Below, one piece after another: positions 59,076-64,000 of a stretch of 64,000 nucleotides of DNA. Origin of the DNA: a virus (taxonomy: Duplodnaviria > Caudoviricetes). Made by a program: the position numbers and the translations under genes. The notes beneath the pieces are model-generated. The model searched no databases. It was not told the DNA's origin and was given only the letters and a program-made list of their open reading frames with translations. Within the stretch, counting starts at the first letter, position 1. Each line of letters begins with the position of its first letter. Location: IMG/VR virus record IMGVR_UViG_3300030433_002124, positions 24,887 to 88,886 of that record. One strand, given 5' to 3'.

Positions 59076-59112
59076 TTATATTTGGAATTACTAATATTAA
59101 AAATATAGCGAA

Positions 59113-59292
59113 ATGGTAAATTTTATAAACTCATGGAAAAGGGGTAATAAGAAGAATAAAATAGATTTCTGTATAAGATTCGGATATCTTACTATTCTGG
59201 AAATTAATATTTGTTTAGATTCAAGTTGTGAAAAAGATTGTAAATGTAAAAGAGCAAGACTTATGTTCATGAACTTTGGAATAGAGATTTAA
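59113..59292 (+). CDS. 59-aa Cys-containing hypothetical protein
   Basis: Read manually: MVNFINSWKRGNKKNKIDFCIRFG...FMNFGIEI; downstream of a TATATTTG -7 box (59077-59084). Confidence 0.6.
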   Translation: MVNFINSWKRGNKKNKIDFCIRFGYLTILEINICLDSSCEKDCKCKRARLMFMNFGIEI

Positions 59293-59302
59293 AAAATAAA
59301 TA

Positions 59303-59692
59303 ATGGATACATTACATGAAAAAAGAAAAAAAAGAAGGGAAGCCTATAAAAAGTTAACTGAAAAACAACAGAAAGAACTTCATAGTGCTGATAATTATAA
59401 AATATGTGATCATCATAATTTTAGAGCAGCTTCTTATGTAAATAGAGAAGAAGCTTTAAAGTTTTTTAATGATAATAATTATAAAGCAGAGTATACAATG
59501 GTATTAAAAGATGGTACAAATAGATGGTACTGGACTGTAAGAAATAAAGATTATGTAAAAATAGGATTTATATTAGGCATACCAAGTAAAGATCAGAAGC
59601 AAGGAAATCATTCACATAATGATCCATTTAAATCGCAATTTGATTACATGGAAATTAATAAACATGGAGAAGAATTTCTAGAGAAAAAATAG
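59303..59692 (+). CDS. Hypothetical protein
   Basis: 129 aa ORF; its stop codon overlaps the first bases of the tRNA. Confidence 0.65.
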   Translation: MDTLHEKRKKRREAYKKLTEKQQKELHSADNYKICDHHNFRAASYVNREEALKFFNDNNYKAEYTMVLKDGTNRWYWTVRNKDYVKIGFILGIPSKDQKQGNHSHNDPFKSQFDYMEINKHGEEFLEKK

Positions 59693-59762
59693 CGGGTTAG
59701 AGTAGGGGTTACTCACGGGTCTCATTATCCCGTCTAGGAAGGTTCGAGTCCTTCACCCGCAA
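59691..59762 (+). tRNA. tRNA-Met(CAT), initiator-like, atypical anticodon arm, CCA not encoded
   Basis: Acceptor (A)GCGGGT/ACCCGC(A) with a 1:72 mismatch, D stem GAGT/ACTC (A11-U24), anticodon CAT at 59723-59725, T arm GAAGG-TTCGAGT-CCTTC. Confidence 0.85.
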
Positions 59763-59791
59763 CTAATATTTAATTAATTAATTTAAAAATA

Positions 59792-60100
59792 ATGTCAAAA
59801 ACAGAATTAAAAAAAATAAATACGTCAGTTAGACAGGGTAATAGAAACAGTTTAGGTTGTGGTGCTACATATATTACATCAGCTGTTGGATTAGTAAAAG
59901 GAGACTGGGTAGCTATACAAGCTGTTACTAATCAAGATGTGATATTAGACGTTGATGGTACAAGCGAAACAGTAGTAGACTGGGACTTTGTTTCAGGGGA
60001 TTTAACGTTAGAAGCTAGTATACCACTCCAAACATGGTATGGAAATTTTACACAAATAAAAATATCTCAGGGAGGAATATTAGCATATAAGCGTTGTTAA
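59792..60100 (+). CDS. Small beta-sandwich hypothetical (possible virion decoration) protein
   Basis: 102 aa, all-beta pattern ending in YGNFTQIKISQGGILAY. Confidence 0.55.
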   Translation: MSKTELKKINTSVRQGNRNSLGCGATYITSAVGLVKGDWVAIQAVTNQDVILDVDGTSETVVDWDFVSGDLTLEASIPLQTWYGNFTQIKISQGGILAYKRC

Positions 60101-60103
60101 TGC

Positions 60104-60307
60104 ATGAAAGATATTATAAAACAATTATCAAAAGACTATGATTTACCTCCGTTTGTAATAGAGAGTATTATTAAATCAGAGTTTAAATTTGTTAAAGAAT
60201 GTATGGAAACTGATGAATGTGTAAAAATAAGACTACATCATTTTGGAGTTTTTAAAGTTAAACCTAAAAGATTATATATAATAAATGGCGAGACAGAAGG
60301 ATCATAG
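60104..60307 (+). CDS. HU/IHF-like DNA-binding protein
   Basis: IIKQLSKDYDLP...IRLHHFGVFKVK, the HU helix-helix-beta pattern. Confidence 0.7.
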   Translation: MKDIIKQLSKDYDLPPFVIESIIKSEFKFVKECMETDECVKIRLHHFGVFKVKPKRLYIINGETEGS

Positions 60308-60551
60308 AACAAGTCGAGAGACACAATTAATAACCAAATATCAAAATAGCTTAATAAACTATAGGAAATGGCAGGCTATGGAACGTGGTAAAGAAGAACC
60401 TGATGCTGGTAAAATAAAAATATGGCAAGCTAAAATAGATTATTATGAAGAAAGAATTGAAAAACTTCCTAAAGAGATGGATCTCCTTAGTAAAACTACT
60501 GAAAAAGAAAAAACGCAAATAAAACATTTTTTATATAATATTAATGATTAA
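60285..60551 (+). CDS. Helical hypothetical protein
   Basis: 88 aa, overlapping neighbours. Confidence 0.6.
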   Translation: MARQKDHRTSRETQLITKYQNSLINYRKWQAMERGKEEPDAGKIKIWQAKIDYYEERIEKLPKEMDLLSKTTEKEKTQIKHFLYNIND

Positions 60552-60834
60552 GATAATAAAACAATTAGAAAAGTTTAAAGATAATATTGCTAGTAGATTC
60601 TTAGTAGAAGTAGCTAATTCTAAAAGAATAAGTAATTTTTCGAAAGAAGTTATAGGAACAAAATTTGATACTAGGAATAAACAGAGTAAGGAATATAAAA
60701 AATCTTTTAGGTATTTAACTGATAAAGAAGTAGAAGAATTAAAAAATAAAAAAGATTTAGGTGTAGTTGAGAATAGAGGTAAAGCAAGAAAAAACCAAAA
60801 AGCTCAAAGGTATTTAGATCGTAAAAATAGATAG
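60544..60834 (+). CDS. Basic hypothetical protein
   Basis: 96 aa, Lys/Arg rich. Confidence 0.6.
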   Translation: MIKIIKQLEKFKDNIASRFLVEVANSKRISNFSKEVIGTKFDTRNKQSKEYKKSFRYLTDKEVEELKNKKDLGVVENRGKARKNQKAQRYLDRKNR

Positions 60835-60836
60835 GT

Positions 60837-60965
60837 ATGATAGAATTTATAAAACATATGTTAGGAATATGTGGAGAATCCCATCCTAATTTAATAACAA
60901 TTACTCTTGTATTAGGAGTATTAATATATGCAATTAAAAAATTATGGCGTCATTATTCGATCTAA
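60837..60965 (+). CDS. 42-aa membrane peptide (HMLGICGESHP motif)
   Basis: Read manually; has a TM segment and overlaps the start of the next gene. Confidence 0.55.
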   Translation: MIEFIKHMLGICGESHPNLITITLVLGVLIYAIKKLWRHYSI

Positions 60966-61486
60966 GAGATGGTCAGGTTGTATTAAATGCGGAATCACTA
61001 GCTATACCGATATTTAATAAAATTTGGAAAAGAGATAAAAGTAAAGATAAAGAAAAAGCAAATAGAGAAATTGCTTATATTTATTTTATGTGTGATTTTA
61101 ATAGCCCTTACATGGCTTATCCTAATACTAAAAGAAGAGAAGTTGTACTAACTGATTTTATGAGGGATGTAAAATGGAAGGAAGATAAAGAGATAGAAGA
61201 TGCTATGAGTAAGTATCTAGAATTTCAAGAAACTCATACTATGAGATTAATGAAGGCTGCTAGAGGAGCTGCAGATAAATTAGCTTCTTATTTTGAACAT
61301 ATCGATTTTAGAGAGATGGGAGAAAATGGTAAGCCTTTATACAATGCTAAAGATGTAGCAATCAATTTAGAAAAGGTTGGAAGCATTGTTGAAAGTTTAG
61401 ATAAACTAGAAAATAAAATAAAGAAAGAAATTAAGAGCGATTCACGTGTCCGAGGTGGCGGTGATATCGGATTATATGAACGTTAA
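60944..61486 (+). CDS. crAss-like conserved helical protein, small-terminase candidate
   Basis: 180 aa helical protein (IWKRDKSKDK, YFMCDFNSPY) with C-terminal RVRGGG; function inferred from its look and position only. Confidence 0.45.
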   Translation: MASLFDLRDGQVVLNAESLAIPIFNKIWKRDKSKDKEKANREIAYIYFMCDFNSPYMAYPNTKRREVVLTDFMRDVKWKEDKEIEDAMSKYLEFQETHTMRLMKAARGAADKLASYFEHIDFREMGENGKPLYNAKDVAINLEKVGSIVESLDKLENKIKKEIKSDSRVRGGGDIGLYER

Positions 61487-61497
61487 AATTAATTGTT

Positions 61498-61827
61498 ATG
61501 GGATGCGGATGCAATAAAAATAAAAAATCAAATCAAACTCCTGCTAATAAGCCTTTTATTCCAGAGAATGGTGGTAAAATGCCTAGTTTGGCTAAAAGGG
61601 CTTTTTCATTTGCTAAATCAGCTACTGAATATGTTAGGAGCGGTATGGAAAATGTTTCAGAAACACAGTATGAAACTAGATTGAAGATATGTGAAGTATG
61701 TCCTTTTAGAAAAGATACTCAATGCACAAAGTGCGGATGTTATATAGAACTAAAAGCAAAATGGGCTACTTCAACATGTCCTGATAATAGATGGCCATTG
61801 ACTTTAGCAAATCAAAAAAATAAATAA
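61498..61827 (+). CDS. Zn-binding Cys-rich protein (DUF6171-like)
   Basis: RLKICEVCPF...CTKCGC...K....TCPDNRW. Confidence 0.7.
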   Translation: MGCGCNKNKKSNQTPANKPFIPENGGKMPSLAKRAFSFAKSATEYVRSGMENVSETQYETRLKICEVCPFRKDTQCTKCGCYIELKAKWATSTCPDNRWPLTLANQKNK

Positions 61828-61828
61828 T

Positions 61829-62080
61829 ATGGCAATAACAAGAAAAATATTAAAAGATAAATATCATTTTAAATCTATAAAAGATAATAAAAAGGTATTA
61901 GTACGCAAAATAGGCGGAGCAGAAACTTTAGATCTTCATGGTAGTGCTCTATGTTTTAGAGGTGAAGTAATGATGACTTTGGAATGCATGTCGATCAAAA
62001 GTTTTGAGGGTTATTTGGAAAAATTAATTAGAAGTATAAAAAAGAGAAATGAAATTAAAAGTAATAAGAATAAGCAGTGA
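61829..62080 (+). CDS. Hypothetical protein
   Basis: 83 aa, operon spacing. Confidence 0.55.
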   Translation: MAITRKILKDKYHFKSIKDNKKVLVRKIGGAETLDLHGSALCFRGEVMMTLECMSIKSFEGYLEKLIRSIKKRNEIKSNKNKQ

Positions 62081-62528
62081 GGCGGACTCAACATCGGGAG
62101 TGTTGTTTGATGTTACGGATCCTGATAATAAAAAATTTTTAGCATATACATTAGAAGATGAATATAGAGATGCAAAGAACGAAAAAGTCATGCACGAGAC
62201 AAGAATCCCGGCTGGCGAATATAAAATCATACTTAGGAAAATTGGTAGAATACATGAAAATTACAGTAAGCGTTTTGCTGATATTCATAAAGGTACTCTT
62301 CATGTTATTGACGTTCCTAACTTTAAGTATATCCTTATTCATTGTGGTAATACTGATGAACACACGAGTGGGTGTTTACTTGTGGGGGACACCCAGAAAA
62401 ACAACCAAGTCGAGAAGAACGGTTTTATAGGCAGTTCTTCTAAGAACTATGCTAGAATTTATCCTCCTATTGCGGCTGCTTTAGAAGCGGGGGAGGAAGT
62501 TACAATTAAATATGTAGATTATGCGTGA
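62049..62528 (+). CDS. DUF5675-family protein (L,D-transpeptidase-like fold; endolysin candidate)
   Basis: YTLED, RIPAGEY, VPNFKYILIHCGNTDEHTSGCLLVG. Confidence 0.75.
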   Translation: MKLKVIRISSEADSTSGVLFDVTDPDNKKFLAYTLEDEYRDAKNEKVMHETRIPAGEYKIILRKIGRIHENYSKRFADIHKGTLHVIDVPNFKYILIHCGNTDEHTSGCLLVGDTQKNNQVEKNGFIGSSSKNYARIYPPIAAALEAGEEVTIKYVDYA

Positions 62529-62760
62529 GAAATACGATCATGAAATATTAGCAGAAGCAATGAATTATGCTTATTTAATTGTAACAGGCAAAGCTTCATT
62601 CGAAGATCTTGTAGATAAAGAGGATGAAATTATGTTACCGTATAATATATTGGCAGAAGAAGATGTAAATTTTGAAATACTTATTGAATATTTTGAAGGA
62701 GAAGAAGAGTATGAAAAATGTGCAGAGTTATTAAATATTAAAGAATCAGTTAATGTCTAA
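62521..62760 (+). CDS. Small acidic protein with UVR-like motif
   Basis: IEYFEGEEEYEKCAELL; similar to the motif in 39773..40102. Confidence 0.6.
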   Translation: MREKYDHEILAEAMNYAYLIVTGKASFEDLVDKEDEIMLPYNILAEEDVNFEILIEYFEGEEEYEKCAELLNIKESVNV

Positions 62761-62887
62761 AAGAACTATATCATCATTCATAGAAAAAACGAGAACAAAA
62801 AGAAAAGGTATACATGCAAAATCTAAATCTTCGAAAAACAAAAGTAGTGTAAATTATGTAAAAAAATATAACAGACAAGGAAGATAA
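62753..62887 (+). CDS. 44-aa highly basic peptide
   Basis: Read manually: MSKRTISSFIEKTRTKRKGIHAKSKSSKNKSSVNYVKKYNRQGR; overlaps both neighbours. Confidence 0.6.
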   Translation: MSKRTISSFIEKTRTKRKGIHAKSKSSKNKSSVNYVKKYNRQGR

Positions 62888-63933
62888 TGAAAAATATAAT
62901 TATTATAATGTTATTTTGTGCAAGTGTTTTATCTGCACAAAATAACTTTTTTAAATATTCTACTTTCTATACATCAATGTCAATGGGAACATCGATGACG
63001 GAAAGACAAGATTATATAGCAGTAAATAAAGGTTACGAAGAAGTAACAGATGTTAATCCCTATGACTATAATCTAACTATAGGGCTCAGAAAAATAGCAA
63101 GATTTGATTATGAATATAAAGTTAAAACGTGGTATTATGGTACTGAAGACAATGTTGCAGATAATGTTACTATTGGTAATGCTGTTGGTTGGGAGTATCT
63201 ATTTAATTATTCATTTATACGTAATCGTGGTGAGTCATTTACTGATCAGAATTATTGGTTACGATATCTTGGAAATAGGTTCGTAACAAAGATTCAATAT
63301 ACAGATAATCAAAGAGTAGATTTACAATATACTTCTTTTGATCTAAGATATAGAGCAACAAAAGGAAATTGGGATTTTACAATGGGAACTGTGATGAGAA
63401 TACATCCAGTATACGGGATAACCCCCATTGAAGATTTTTGGATACCTGGAGAAGAAACTTTCCAGGATCTAGCAGAAGAATTCGGCTATTCACCCGAAAT
63501 GTGGATCCAAGGTAGTTATGTCAACCAAAACTGGTATGATGTAAGTGGTGGAGACTCATTATTGATCGCTACCTCCAATGATGAATTTTTCCACCACTAC
63601 TTTGGTGACGCTGTAGCTGAATTTAATGAAAGGGAGCTTGAGAAGTTGGGTATGCAAAAAGAAATATCTATGGTTTTTGGAATGGCTTATTATAAACATA
63701 CACCTAATTTTTGGTTACATACTTGGGTTAATTGTTTACCATTTCATGTAGGACTTGATGATTATTCATATGATTATGATACTGAATATGAATGGTTTGA
63801 ATGGGATGCAGGAGTAGTTCTTGGTGCTAGAGTTACAAAAAATTTAGGTATATTTGTAGAAGGCACCCATCAAAAGTACTGGGGTAAACCAGTTTTTGAT
63901 GTTAAATTTGGGTTTAACTATTTAATATTTTAA
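62887..63933 (+). CDS. Signal-peptide protein, outer-membrane beta-barrel-like
   Basis: Sec signal MKNIIIIMLFCASVLSA-Q, alternating aromatic strands, and terminal FGFNYLIF. Confidence 0.65.
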   Translation: MKNIIIIMLFCASVLSAQNNFFKYSTFYTSMSMGTSMTERQDYIAVNKGYEEVTDVNPYDYNLTIGLRKIARFDYEYKVKTWYYGTEDNVADNVTIGNAVGWEYLFNYSFIRNRGESFTDQNYWLRYLGNRFVTKIQYTDNQRVDLQYTSFDLRYRATKGNWDFTMGTVMRIHPVYGITPIEDFWIPGEETFQDLAEEFGYSPEMWIQGSYVNQNWYDVSGGDSLLIATSNDEFFHHYFGDAVAEFNERELEKLGMQKEISMVFGMAYYKHTPNFWLHTWVNCLPFHVGLDDYSYDYDTEYEWFEWDAGVVLGARVTKNLGIFVEGTHQKYWGKPVFDVKFGFNYLIF

Positions 63934-63936
63934 AGA

Positions 63937-64000
63937 ATGAAAAAGATTTTATATATATTATTTGTGTTTATTGGCTCGGTTGTCAATGCACAAGGATACG
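63937..64000 (+). CDS. Signal-peptide protein, 3'-truncated by the window edge
   Basis: MKKILYILFVFIGSVVNA-QGY... Confidence 0.55.
   Translation, partial: MKKILYILFVFIGSVVNAQGY

Noticed and set aside
10082-62430. Same-strand alternative-frame ORFs (10082..10267, 16157..16438, 22326..22508, 38980..39168, 61493..61684, 62158..62430)
   Set aside because: They are nested in better ORFs, have no independent initiation context and show no recognisable motifs.
1-64000. Stop-codon reassignment as in some gut crAss-like phages
   Set aside because: Large genes are intact under the standard code, TAG and TGA both end genes, and no suppressor tRNA was seen.

Overview
AT-rich segment of a large lytic crAss-like (Crassvirales-type) podovirus genome. 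The host is probably a marine Flavobacteriia/Bacteroidota: host-type TTTG-N19-20-TAnnTTTG promoters are present and starts lack Shine-Dalgarno sites. The standard genetic code gives uninterrupted ORFs. There are three blocks. (1) 1-40102, + strand, virion module: a Cys-repeat adhesin-like protein, small structural proteins, holin/spanin-like genes, a metallophosphoesterase, tail ring proteins, an IHF-like protein, a 1790-aa tail stabilization/muzzle protein and three ejected cargo proteins. The last cargo protein is a 5639-aa polyprotein carrying the virion RNA polymerase (DFDID motif) and a PD-(D/E)xK domain. (2) 40106-58918, - strand, replication/early module: exonuclease, RusA-like resolvase, rIIA/rIIB, primase, SSB-like protein, AAA ATPase, DnaB, spore photoproduct lyase, SF2 helicase and PolA. 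It ends in a mostly non-coding ~4 kb early region full of long stems, repeated promoter-like motifs, a tRNA-like element and a candidate large structured RNA (~56160-57000). (3) 59113-64000, + strand: an atypical initiator-like tRNA-Met, a HU-like protein, a possible small terminase, a DUF5675 endolysin candidate and secreted/outer-membrane proteins. The most novel-looking signal is the structured non-coding RNA cluster at 55030-58640. All family assignments come from motif recognition by eye; no database search or folding computation was run.
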